A program made the position numbers and the translations under genes. A DNA stretch of 64,000 nucleotides from Macrostomum hystrix (Eukaryota; Animalia; Platyhelminthes), in the NCBI GenBank assembly GCA_950097015.1, contig CATNEN010000010.1, positions 2,790,001-2,854,000 of the forward strand. The letters run 5' to 3'. Below, piece by piece: positions 37,420-48,564 of this stretch. Positions within the stretch are counted from its first letter, which is position 1; each line of letters starts with the position of its first letter. The notes under the pieces were generated by a model. The model searched no databases. It was not told where the DNA came from and worked only from the letters and a program-made list of their open reading frames with translations.

Positions 37420-37654
37420 TGTGGCGGCCAGGTCTGCACGCGGCGCGACTCTGGGTGCATATGCACTCAAACCCCGGGCCGCCTGGCTGGGGGGGTGGGT
37501 GCACCCGACCCACCGGCTCGCTAAGCCGGGGGTTACGGACTCTCGCCACCTCACGCGCACCTCCCCACGCTCTGAAATGCTATTTAAGATCCGTTTGACT
37601 AATAAATAAATTTACGCTTTCTCGCGCACTGCATTTCATTTGCGAGACACTAAA
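37420..37654 (+). repeat. 3' LTR (235 bp)
   Basis: Matches the 5' LTR except for a block substitution and a few SNPs. Confidence 0.95.
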
Positions 37655-37727
37655 GTACTTTATTACTAGCAGTAACAAATGGCGCACTATATATTATTTA
37701 AAATGATAAAGACTGATTTCGTCTAAC

Positions 37728-37890
37728 CTTTGTCAAATGTATCCGCTATTAAAAGGCAATCGCCTGTAGTCCAACGCATGGCGCTGACAAACACGGCCCC
37801 GAAGCTGTCGCCGTAGTAATTACTGAGCCAATCAATGACGGCAGTCCACACCACGCTGCGCGGAGGAGAGCGTGAGGTTGTGTCTGAGGC
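37728..37890 (-). CDS. Uncharacterised (BACK-like) gene exon
   Basis: tttgtttcatcag acceptor and GTTAG donor; encodes ASDTTSRSPPRSVVWTAVIDWLSNYYGDSFGAVFVSAMRWTTGDCLLIADTFDK. Confidence 0.7.
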
Positions 37891-37954
37891 CTGATGAAAC
37901 AAATAATTAGGGGACAGTTTTTGGACGAAAAATAACTCACTTTAAGGCTTGGAG

Positions 37955-38285
37955 ACGACTGGAGGGCGATTCTATGGGAAGGACAGGAGGTCGATTCTAT
38001 GGGAAGGACAGGAGGTCGATTCTAGGGGAAGGACAGGAGGTCGATTCTAAGGCTTGGAGACGACAGGAGGTCGATTCTATGGGAAGGACAGGAGGGCGAT
38101 TCTATGGGAAGGACAGGAGGGCGATTCTATGGGAAGGACAGGAGGTCGATTCTATGGGAAGGACAGGAGGTCGATTCTATGGGAAGGACAGGAGGGCGAT
38201 TCTATGGGAAGGACAGGAGGTCGATTCTATGGGAAGGACAGGAGGGCGATTCCATGGGAAAGACAGGGGGTCGATTCTATGGGAG
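37955..38285. repeat. 25-bp intronic minisatellite
   Basis: Unit GATTCTATGGGAAGGACAGGAGG(T/G)C. Confidence 0.95.
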
Positions 38286-38323
38286 AACGGAATGGCGAAT
38301 AAGTGTCAGCTAGTCTCACCCAC

Positions 38324-38535
38324 CTGAGGAGAGCCATCGGGGCCGATGCTGAACCCACTACATTTCTGGGGCAGGCCGCACTCGCTCACAAGCAGAGCCA
38401 GAAGAGAGTCCGGCAGCTTCAGGAGGAGGCGTTTATTGTCGCGCAGATCATTATTTAACTGATCAAAGTACTGCTGCTGCATGAGACCTGCCAGACGGCT
38501 GCCAATCTGGTCGGCGCTGGGATCAAACTGAGGCT
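38324..38535 (-). CDS. Uncharacterised gene exon with a BACK-domain-like helix pattern
   Basis: Open frame FDPSADQIGSRLAGLMQQQYFDQL...LLLKLPDSLLALLVSECGL...SPQ, CAG|GTGGGT donor in phase with the next exon. The 5' boundary is uncertain. Confidence 0.65.
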
Positions 38536-38629
38536 CTAAAATTTAGTCAGCCTGTTTGTGACCTGAAATTTAGGCTATTCACTGTTACCTGTGCCACAAT
38601 GTCATAAGCCAATGGCAGAGTACTTGATT

Positions 38630-39150
38630 ATAGAAGGGAAGTAGATACACAGATAGGATTATAGAAGGGAAGTAGATACACAGATAGGATTACAGAAGGG
38701 AAGTAGATACACAGATAGGATTATATAAGGGAAGTAGATACACAGATAGGATTATAGAAGGGAAGTAGATACACAGATAGGATTATAGAAGGGAAGTAGA
38801 TACACAGATAGGATTACAAAGGGAAGTAGATTCACAGATGGGATTACAGAGGGGAGTAGATTCACAGATGGGATTACAGAGGGGAAGTAGATTCACAGAT
38901 GGGATTACAAAGGGAAGTAGATTCACAGATAGGATTACAGAGGGGAGTAGATTCACAGATGGGATTACAGAGGGGAGTAGATTCACAGATGGGATTATAG
39001 AGGGGTAGTAGAGTGACAGATGGTATTACTGAGGGGTAGTAGAGTGACAGATGGTATTACTGAGGGGTAGTAGATACACAGATGGGATTACTGAGGGGTA
39101 GTAGAGTGACAGATGGTATTACTGAGGGGTAGTAGATACACATATGGGAT
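38630..39150. repeat. 30-31-bp minisatellite with a polarised variant gradient
   Basis: Unit GGATTATAGAAGGGAAGTAGATACACAGATA drifts to GGTATTACTGAGGGGTAGTAGAGTGACAGAT. Confidence 0.9.
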
Positions 39151-39719
39151 TACAGTGGGTGAGTATGGAGGGACAGGCGAGAAGTAACAAAAATGAGCCA
39201 GTCATAAAACGCCGTGATCTTGAACTTGTTCTTTTACTCGCATATTTTGTTTTTGATTATCAAATCTCTATTGTCAAACCAGTTAAGAGTTTTGATTTCT
39301 CACAGACAGAAAAACAATTTGGCATATAGGGGTGCACAAACGCAGACCAATACTTATACAAACACAAATATCGCAGTTCACAAATAGAGCAGGACTTTCT
39401 CAAGCAATGCAGAAAATACACACTGACACATCGGCCCCAATGAACTTCGAATGAACAACGATTGTGGCTCCCATTGTTGCGCGATTCAATAAAAATAAAA
39501 TAATTCAGTAATATAACTATCAAAGGCATTAAATATGAGCATGATTAGTGACAGTAAATTACAAGGTCAGGACAGCGGTGAGAAGCTGACTATTGTGTAG
39601 GGCTCACAAAAAACGCGAAATGGGCGGTAGATTTTGATTCATTTTAATTGCAAAACTAACTACTTAGCGAACCAGCCGATTAGGATGATCAGCTGGAGTC
39701 ATCTGGAAAAATAGTTTAG

Positions 39720-40240
39720 TCATCCGAGAGACCTGAAGTCATCATAGAGACATTAGAAGTCATCTTCGAGACTTTGAGTCATCTAGAAGACATTTTAGTC
39801 ATCTGAGAGACACTTTAGTCATAGGAGAGACATCTGAGTCATCTCGGAGACATCTGAGTCATCTTGGAGACATCTGAGTCATCTTGAAAACATTGTAGTC
39901 ATCTGGGAGACATTTTAGTTATCTGGGAGACATTTTTGTCAACTTGAAGATATTTTAGTAATCTGGGAGATTTTTTTGTCATTTTAGAGACATTTTAGTC
40001 ATCTGGGGGACATTTTTGTCATCTTGGAGACATTTTAGTCATCTTAAAGACATTTGGCATCTGGGAGACATTTTAGTCATCTTGGAGATATTTTAGTCAT
40101 CTGGGAGACATTTTTGTCATATTGGAGATATTTTAGTCATCTGGGAGACATTTTAGTCATCTGGGAGACATTTTTGTCATTTTAGAGACATTTTAGTCAT
40201 CTGGGAGACATTTTTGTCATCTTGGAGATATTGTAGTCAT
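39720..40240. repeat. 20-bp degenerate minisatellite
   Basis: Unit TTTTAGTCATCTGGGAGACA. Confidence 0.9.
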
Positions 40241-40349
40241 CCAATCCCCCTTCTATGGCTCGATTATAAGATACAAGCGGTTGTAATTACTCGCACATGA
40301 AAAAAGAGTTCAGCCTGAATCTCTAGCCCCACATCGCAGTGCGCAGGGT

Positions 40350-40706
40350 CTAGCGGACATAAACGTCTGTGTTGCGGTAGCTGGACTTGTCCTTTAGCGA
40401 ATCCGTATGCCTCTTGTACTCAATGATGGTGTTGGCCGGTAGGTTCAGAGTCCGCTTAATTATGTCTCGAATCTGCTTCGTGGTGACGTCATCCGTTGCG
40501 GTGCGATTCCACACGGACAGGATGTCCTCTTTAAAGCGGACTGACATCACAGTGCCGCAGATTTCGTCGCCAACGTCGAACTGCTCGCCTAGCAACGCGA
40601 ACAGCATAGCCTCCCAGCAACGGGAGGCCAGGCCTTTCTTTAGTCGGATTATCCACTTGCCTCCATCCTTGTTGTGCGTATCCTCCCACATTGGCCGAAC
40701 ACCCTC
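40350..40706 (-). CDS. EIF4E2: Class II eIF4E (4EHP), exon 2
   Basis: caatccacag acceptor; encodes EGVRPMWED...GGKWIIRLKKGLASRCWEAMLFALLGEQF...EICG...SVWN...IIEYKRH...YRNTDVYVR*. Confidence 0.92.
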   Translation of the reverse strand, partial: EGVRPMWEDTHNKDGGKWIIRLKKGLASRCWEAMLFALLGEQFDVGDEICGTVMSVRFKEDILSVWNRTATDDVTTKQIRDIIKRTLNLPANTIIEYKRHTDSLKDKSSYRNTDVYVR

Positions 40707-40774
40707 CTGTGGATTGAAAGGGGATTTAAGATTAGCAATCCATGAAAAAATTAGGCATTCGAAATTTCGATTAG

Positions 40775-41290
40775 GCATCCCGTTCGGGATTAGGGATTCC
40801 ATTTGGGATTAGGGATCCCATTCGGGATTAGGGATTCCATTTGGGATTAGGGATCCCATTCGGGATTCGGGATTAGGGATTCCATTTGGGATTAGAGATC
40901 ACAGTCGGGATTCGGGATCCCATTCGGGATTAAGGATCCCAGATGAGATTAGGGATCCCATTCGGGATTAGGGATCCCATTCGGGATTAGGGATCCCATT
41001 TGGGATTAGGGATCCCATTCGGGATTCGGGATTAGGGATTCCATTTGGGATTAGAGATCACAGTCGGGATTCGGGATCCCATTCGGGATTAAGGATCCCA
41101 GATGAGATTAGGGATCCCATTCGGGATTAGGGATCCCATTCGGGATTAGGGATCCCATTTGGGATTAGGGATCCCATTCGGGATTAGGGATCCCATTCGG
41201 GATTCGGGATCCCATTCGGGATTCGGGATCCCATTCGGGATTAAGGATCCCATTCGGGATTAAGGATCCCATATGAGATTAGGGATCCTA
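40775..41290. repeat. 19-bp intronic minisatellite containing TTAGGG and GGGATCCC
   Basis: Unit GGGATTAGGGATCCCATTC. Confidence 0.93.
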
Positions 41291-41328
41291 TTTGTAATAT
41301 CAGGTACGAAAGTTCATAAAAATCGCAC

Positions 41329-41754
41329 CTTAAAGATCAGATAATCGGTCTGAGTATCAATATCGCTCGGCTTAACCAGGTAGACGTAGAGGTGCCAGAA
41401 TTGTTCAAGAGAACGAAACGTAGCCACCTGGCACAATGTCTCGTCATAAGATGAATGCTTTTGTGAGCCTGTCGGACCCGAAGTGGCCTTCTTATTGTAC
41501 CACAGAGTGTAGGCATACTGCAGTCGGTGATCGGATGCTGGCGGCTCGCTGCCAATGTGCTCGCTTCTAGCTTCAACCCCAGCAGATGCGGAGGCCGCGC
41601 TGTCCAGCCCCTCATCTTCTTCGTCATTGCTGGACACATCCACTTCCGCATCTGGATCATCGGCGTCTGCCAGCACTTTGAATGGATTCAGCTGAGCCTG
41701 CTGCGTTGGGTGCTGCTGCAGCTGTAGCGAGGCAGCGTGACTGGACTTTGACAT
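41329..41754 (-). CDS. EIF4E2: Class II eIF4E (4EHP), exon 1
   Basis: HRLQYAYTLWY and SYDETL show Tyr at the class I Trp43/Trp56-equivalent positions; AAG|GTGCG donor in phase 0. The predicted protein is 260 aa. Confidence 0.9.
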
Positions 41755-42639
41755 TCTGTTTATGCAGCTGCAATTTTGGGGTTAGTTTAGTGTACAGTGA
41801 GATGATAAAAGTAACGGGCTCTAATTACTTATCTCCTTCTTGTAGGAGCCAAAACATGCCAACTTTGTGACTAGTCTGAGCAGGAGACAAAGCTAGGTTC
41901 TATATCAAGACATTAAATTATTAGTAATATAGAAAATTTCGCATAGAATACTGGCTCCAGACTAGTGTTGACAATAGAACAGAAGATTCGATTATATCAA
42001 ATTTTCTTAAGATATTTTTGTGGATTAAGAGTTTTCTCTTGAAATGCCTATTGGGGATATAGCAGAAAATTCTATTATATAGTGCTAATTCTTTTAGTTT
42101 AGAGGTAGTAAATTTAATTTTCCAAAGCAAAAACTAATTTGATTGCATATATCTGTATGAAATTTTGTTATACTACTGAGACATTCACTAGAATATTGAA
42201 TTTAGATAATCAGAGCATGTAAAATGTGAAAAAATTCACTGTAAGTTTTTTTAATTTAAAATGATTGTTTTATTTCTACTCTTTACCTAGTCCACTATAC
42301 CACAACCACTGTAATAAAACTAATTTAATAACCTAATAAAAACTACCATGTTGCCAGGCTAAAGTCTAAATAGAAAATATAAACAAAACTTATGTTTACT
42401 AATTTTTTTCTAGCAGACAGGTTGGTGAATTAATCGAAAACTTCAATCACAAATTCATAATCCAAAATAAAAAATGCATCAATTAATTAGACTGATACAT
42501 TCTAATTTTAAAGGCAAATGAAACATAGTGAACATTAAATAGACACAAACAAGGACCAGTAATAAAGGTATAGCTACAGCCTTTATAGATTAGCTGTCAA
42601 CAACAGCAACACCAAAACTGTTTCTACCAGCCATGCAGT

Positions 42640-43190
42640 GGCCAGAAAGGGGAGAGGAGTCAGAGAGTGCATCTCTGAGCTAAAGACCTCAAAGTCACAT
42701 CCACTAGCTTGGTCCAGGGCACTAACATCACTTACAAGCTAGTTAAGAAATCTCACTGTTTGCCCTTGGCCTTGCCTGCATGGTCCCTATAGCTTAAGCA
42801 GCAGCACATTGTGTAGTGGCTCAGTGCAGTGGGCCTCCAACCAGATGATGTATCCAGCCAGTCAAGTTGTTGCCTTTGCAGCAGGTCAGAAGCCCACATC
42901 AGGCATGTCCTAGCATAGAATTCTGCATTGGTCTTGCTGCCTGTGCTGCTGCACACCCCTAATGCTATATGCAGCATGGTTGCATGGGTCCAGCTGTCTC
43001 TGCAAGGTATCTATCAGGGTCTAGGTCTTGGCATTATATAGCAAGTCTCAATGACTGCCTGAAACAGCTGAGCCCTGAGCCTGTCATCCAGGGCCTCATA
43101 TTGGAGCACAGAGTGCACAGAGCAAAACATGGACCAGGTCAGTCCTCACTGCCTTGATAGGTTGTTGACAATATCTGGCATAAGGCCACT
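42640..43190 (-). mobile_element. Degenerate RTE-like non-LTR retrotransposon, 3' RT remnant
   Basis: Across frameshifts: RAQLFQAVIET...TLQRQLD...MLHIALGV...TNAEFY...SDLLQRQQLDWL, resembling the RTE RT C-terminus. Confidence 0.6.
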
Positions 43191-43230
43191 GAGGTATAAA
43201 AACCACTAGCAACAGGTAATGAGGTTTATG

Positions 43231-45178
43231 GAATTTTCGTCAACTTTTTTTCGTTAACTTGGTTGATGAATGTTCCAACCATCATTTCTGCAGTTGACGA
43301 ATATTCCAAATCTTCCAAATGTGTGCTGCCTGTTGACAAAAGTTCCACAGCCAGATTGAAGGCATTGGAGAACTGCCTTTGTGCACAATTTATTGCGTAT
43401 GCTGTATTGCGTATTCAACATGTGTTGATTGCCATTGTGCAGAAAAGCCTCCATATTTTCTCAGATGAATGTCACAAGACATTAATGATTTAGCAACGAA
43501 ACTATTCATCTTGTCAATTCATTCACTCTGATTTCCAAGATTGCAATGAATAACAAAGTTTTTTAGAAAATGTGCACTATATGTGAAGCACTTGATACTG
43601 TTATCACAATAATAAAATTGTACTGTAAATGCAAATCAATGTGCACTGTAGATGGCTTGGAAAACTAGAGTGCGAGAAAAAAAGAACTAAAGTGCACAGC
43701 GAAAGTCTCATAAAAAGTGACAACCTTACAATCTGAGCATGAACTAGCTAGCAGATATACATGACTTGCAATTTGGCACATGATCAGTGTGCACTGTGCA
43801 GTGTCCAACACAGTTTAGAGAAAATGTGCCAGGCGCCACTGATTTGTGGAGTATATATATATACTTGTACACACTCTTTTGTTTTGCTGTCACTTGCATG
43901 GAATAAACAACAATATCGAAAAACTTCAACAAAGCAAAGCACAAATGGCACCTCAGGTGCCAAATGTGAGCACATTAGTGCACATTGCGAACAAGATATG
44001 CGAAGCTGATAGACCAGTGCCACTTGCAGATCTGACATTCAAAAATTCTAAAAGTCATGTACTCGATGACTTTTCTCTGTTTGAGCTGCGCGTTGATTGT
44101 ACGGGAAAGTGCCATCTGCTGTTTTTGACAAATGTACAGTGGACTACACTCTCATTAAGTCGGGTCTGGTTTATGGACAATACTTTTGAAGTTGTGAGGG
44201 AGCCTTTAGACAGCTTTACATGTTCTACTGCTACATCTGCCAAGGAGAAGCAGCAAAGCAGGTGGTCTTGGCATTTGCTTCAATGTCTGGGAAGGCTCTA
44301 CATGACTACCTGGCAGTCTTCCAGCACCTTAGAAGCCTACTACTGAATGGCAGTCTTCCGCAGGCATTTGTTCTGGACTTCAAATGTGCCGCATGGCAGG
44401 CCCTATGTGTCCTCTTTCCTGAAGCAACACTGAAGGGCTGCCTGTTCCATTACGCACAGGCTGTGTTCTGTCACATTCAACAGGCTGGCCTCCAGTAGGC
44501 ATATATAGCAGATCCTGGTACAAAAACTTTCTGCTGGATGCTCATGGCTCTGCCATATCTCCCGGCTGAGCACATGGAAGAGGGCTTAGCATAGATTGTC
44601 ACGGGAATCGTCAACCCATGCCTTCTTAAAGTCACAGTTTACGTCGATGCTACCTGTTTGAACAGCCCAATGTTATTACAGACTTATTGGTTATTGGCCC
44701 AATAGCCCAACCCTCACTGGTTCCAAAACATCAAGCCAAGCTATATTGTACAATATTTATACTATAACTGCATGTTTGTACTGCAACTTGTATCTTAATG
44801 TTTTAACATTTTTACCATTGAAAATTTGTTCAATCAACTATTCGCAATTTTACCATTCTCGCATTTTTACTGTCCTAAAAGTAAAACAATAGACAATAAA
44901 GACATGTTCATTGAATTGTTACTGTTGAAGTTGGACATGAAAAATGAGAAAGTAAAATATGGTATGACTGGCAAGTTGAATTCTTGCCAAGTAATAAAAT
45001 ATGTATCACATAAGTTCAAGTTAAAGTGCATACAATCGCAACTAGTTGACAAAAATAACATTTCTCATTGGTAGTTCATGAAGATTCCATTGTTCCTATT
45101 GGCAGTTGACAAACATTCCAACTACCAATGAATTTTTGTCAACTCTCAGTTGACATAAAAAAAGTTGATAAAAATTCT
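43231..45178 (+). mobile_element. Decayed MULE (Mutator) DNA transposon
   Basis: Frameshifted transposase WFMDNTFEVV...FVLDF...AAWQAL...FPEATLKGCLFHYAQAV...LMALPYLP (about 43900-44690). Diverged TIR-like ends: GAATTTTCGTCAACTTTTTTT at 43231 versus its approximate reverse complement ending at about 45178. Confidence 0.8.
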
Positions 45179-46210
45179 AGGATCTGGTAATAGTTATGAT
45201 TGTATTGATAGCAGTGTTTCAATAATTTATCTTAGTAGGCAGGTCAGAGGGCATTGTGAAAATGACCATCTTTGGTGCATTCAACATGAGGCTCATACAT
45301 GCGCAACCTCCCAAACCTTAGCTGGCCATGCAACTTAGTTTTTGCTCTCATTTGCGACTTAGTTTGTTTCATTGCTCTATTTACAACTTAGTTTGCTCTC
45401 ATTTGCTCTCTTTTTCTCTCCCCCTTTTCCTTTTCTTCACACCTTCCTTTTTTGTCCCTTGGTCCCCCCTTTGATTTTTTTGCGCTTGGTTGATTGCTTT
45501 TTGCAACTTACCTTGCTTGGCCCTTGTTTCACCCGGCCGGTACGGCCGGGTCGGCCGGGTGTTGCGCATGTATGATGAGGCTAATCCACAATGCTGCAAA
45601 AATCAGGCCAAGATATCAAGATTAGCTATCAAGTTGCCAGTACTTTCAGTTCTATAGCTAGCTAGTCTTATAATGAATTCCAAATTTTATAACAAACTGC
45701 TACCAGAATGCTACCAAAATGTTAAGACTAAAAAACAAGAAAACTAGACTATTTGACAATATATTAGTCCAAACAATAAATCACTACCCATGTAGCTTTT
45801 ATCAGGCAGAATACTTATATTTAGTATTGATAGTATTTTCATAGTATTTTCATAAATAAATTGACAGTATTTTCATAAATTAAATTTTCATAAATAAATT
45901 GATCGAATTTTCATAAATTAAGTTCTTTTTATAGCTAGCTATAGTAGTTTAGCTAGTTAAACTATGTTATTCATTTAATATTTTAGCTAAAATCTAAAAA
46001 GTAAAGTAAAAAAACAAAAAACTAAATAGGCCTAATCATTACCATTACCAAACGTGGTAACATTCAGTCTGATATTTCATGCTACTATTATATAATAATA
46101 ATTATTGTTATGCAATTTTGCAAGGAAAAATAAATAATTTGGCCAAAGCACAAGTAACTATTTACAAATCTTGATAGAGGCTCAGCATTCAGATATTACT
46201 AGCACACTAA
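44647..46210. repeat. Inverted repeat 2, left arm (1564 bp)
   Basis: Reverse complement of 48565-50128; one mismatch seen by eye. Confidence 0.97.
45294..45574. mobile_element. 281-bp MITE with 14-bp TIR and 8-bp TSD
   Basis: TIR CATACATGCGCAAC...GTTGCGCATGTATG; perfect TSD ATGAGGCT (45286-45293 and 45575-45582). Confidence 0.92.
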
Positions 46211-48564
46211 GCACTCCCCGGTCGCCAGCAATAGGGCCAGCAATAGACTTTTGAAAACTTGGTGTGCCACTGCTGGAAATGAATGAATTTTTTTATTTTG
46301 ACCCACAGATTCTGTGCCACGAAGAATTGAGGCCTCCAAGACAGGTCGCTTGGATCCAGAGCGGCGAAATTTGCTTTTTTTTATTGCTGGAGCTATTGCT
46401 GGTCTCCCACTCCGTGATGCAATGAGGAAAATGTGTGCCGTTTTTATTTTTAAGAGAAGCATAACAGGTTCTTCTTGTGTCACACTACCCAGGGTTTGTG
46501 CCGCTCTGTCTAAGCATGTAGGAAGTAATAAAGTACTTTTACGGCTTTACGCCAGTCATTTTATTGCTGGACTTACCACGCTGCACAGAGCGGCTAAAAT
46601 GGCACACAATACATATTTTTCGCTTTATTAGCGCAAGAAGTAACTGTGCCACAATTTTTAAGAGTACTTGCTATTAGTCTAGGCACATTGCTAAAAACTA
46701 TGTAACGTCCCTATAATCTATAGATGTCTTCAAGGATCGTTTGTCGTGAAATATTCAAACTGCAGCTAAAGTTTTCAACGAACTTGTCGTACCCCACGTG
46801 GTGTGAAACCCTCAACACTTAGGATTCGAAGCACTATTTTTCGAAATGAAGCTCTATTAGAATATTACTTTCAACAATAGTATATACCCTTTTGTGCTTT
46901 AATTTATGTGCAAAGACTGTCAAGAGTATAGTGTTATGCAGTGTATAGCTAGACCTAGTTATACATAGACCTACACTTGTGGGGGAGAGAAGAGTTCTAA
47001 CCGTATATGGCTATGGAAATGAAATAGAGAAAAAGACTTTCTAAAAGTTTCTCATCTGATTTTTTGCTTTTGAACAAAAGATAGCTATGCCTATGCTTAG
47101 CTATATAGCTAGCTAAAGCAGGATTAAGATGGCTATGAAAAAATCCTAGAAAAAAGAATGTTGTACTTAGACTTAGAATACTGTAGAGCTAGTTATGACA
47201 ATTTTAATATAATTGTATTCCTCAAACATATTTCATTGAATATATACATAGAAAGCCAACTTGATATGATATTATTTAATATTAAGCATATTTATTATTT
47301 AACATTATTGTATAGGCCTACTCACATAGGGAAAAAGGAAATTGTCTATTTGTTTGTTAACTTCTCTAAAAAAATGTATAGACTGACATGCTAAAAAAGA
47401 CAAAATATCTATCATTCATTATTTGTTTACTCTATTTAGATTCCACAATTTGGTTTATATAATTTATTCAATTTACTTATATTTGGGTTCAATAAATGAT
47501 TAGCAACAGCAGCTGGACGAAGGCATACGCCGAAGGAAGCAGACAGTGCAGGAAGGATCTCTGCCTGCAGCAGCTTCCAAGGTTCATCGATGTGAAGATG
47601 GCAGTTCCGACGAGGGAGAGCCGGAAGCTCAAATGCAGAGGGAACTAGAGACTGTACCGAAAAGGAAAACGACGAAGAAGGGAACACTTTGCAATCCATG
47701 GAGCGGGGCTAGCGTGCAAACCAGCTGTACTGCCCGAATTTTGCGCTCGAGACGGGTTTAATGCATGCCATCTCTTGTTTTCATTCACAAGACTCAAATG
47801 CAATCTGTTTTGGCATTTTGCCTTATAGCCTTTGCGAAGCAGTGATTTCAGGAGCAAAAAATTGTGCTTTTAATCAAGCACAAGCAGCTGTAAAATAAGA
47901 TCGTAAATGTGACTTCTTTCAAGTGGAATGCATTGCGGCTAAAATGAATATTACGAGCTATATGCTGAATGCCATATGCTACATGTATATGCTTAAGCCG
48001 ACGAACGATGACTATCACTCGCAAAATGTTTTGCGGTTTTATTGTATTTTGAAGCTACTAAAGCTACATTTTTGAACGGATACCAGTTACGCTAAGCACA
48101 TCTATCTTGTCAAACAGACAATGACAAGATGACAATCTTGTCTATCTTGTCAACGGCTAAATATAGTTGTTGGATCATTGTTCGCTACATTTCAAATTGG
48201 CATTTCTGTTTAAGGACCAGACTGTCTGGTCTTCACTAGCATGCACAACAAGTTTGTCAAAGTTTTTCTCCTGCGTCAGTTTATTCTCGAACCCACGAAT
48301 CTTACGCGCGTATTATCATAGCGCTTTTCCAAAATCATAAGGGCAGCAATATCGTGCATTTCTATCGCTCTCTCTTCATTTCTTTTTTAATAAGAAGTAA
48401 AGTGCTGGAAGCAAGCCGTTTACAAGCTTGATTACTGAAAACGAAACAAACAAAAGTGATTTCTGAAGCTTGTCTCTAACAAACTGGTCGTAAGTTGTGT
48501 ATACTTGTAAAATATATTAAAATATTGTGCAAAATGTTTGCGTCAAACTGATGCGAAGAAAATA

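Larger units (their letters stand above)
33398..37654 (+). mobile_element. Ty3/gypsy LTR retrotransposon, full length but frameshifted (CsRn1/Mag-like)
   Basis: LTRs at 33398-33618 and 37420-37654, GTAC TSD (33394-33397 and 37655-37658), PBS TGGTGAGCCCGAC at 33620, purine tract before the 3' LTR. Domains: gag LKLPTFWASQPRAWF, protease [22 protein letters not shown], RNase H DAS, integrase HHCC plus DLVG/SDRG/LVERFH. Confidence 0.97.
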
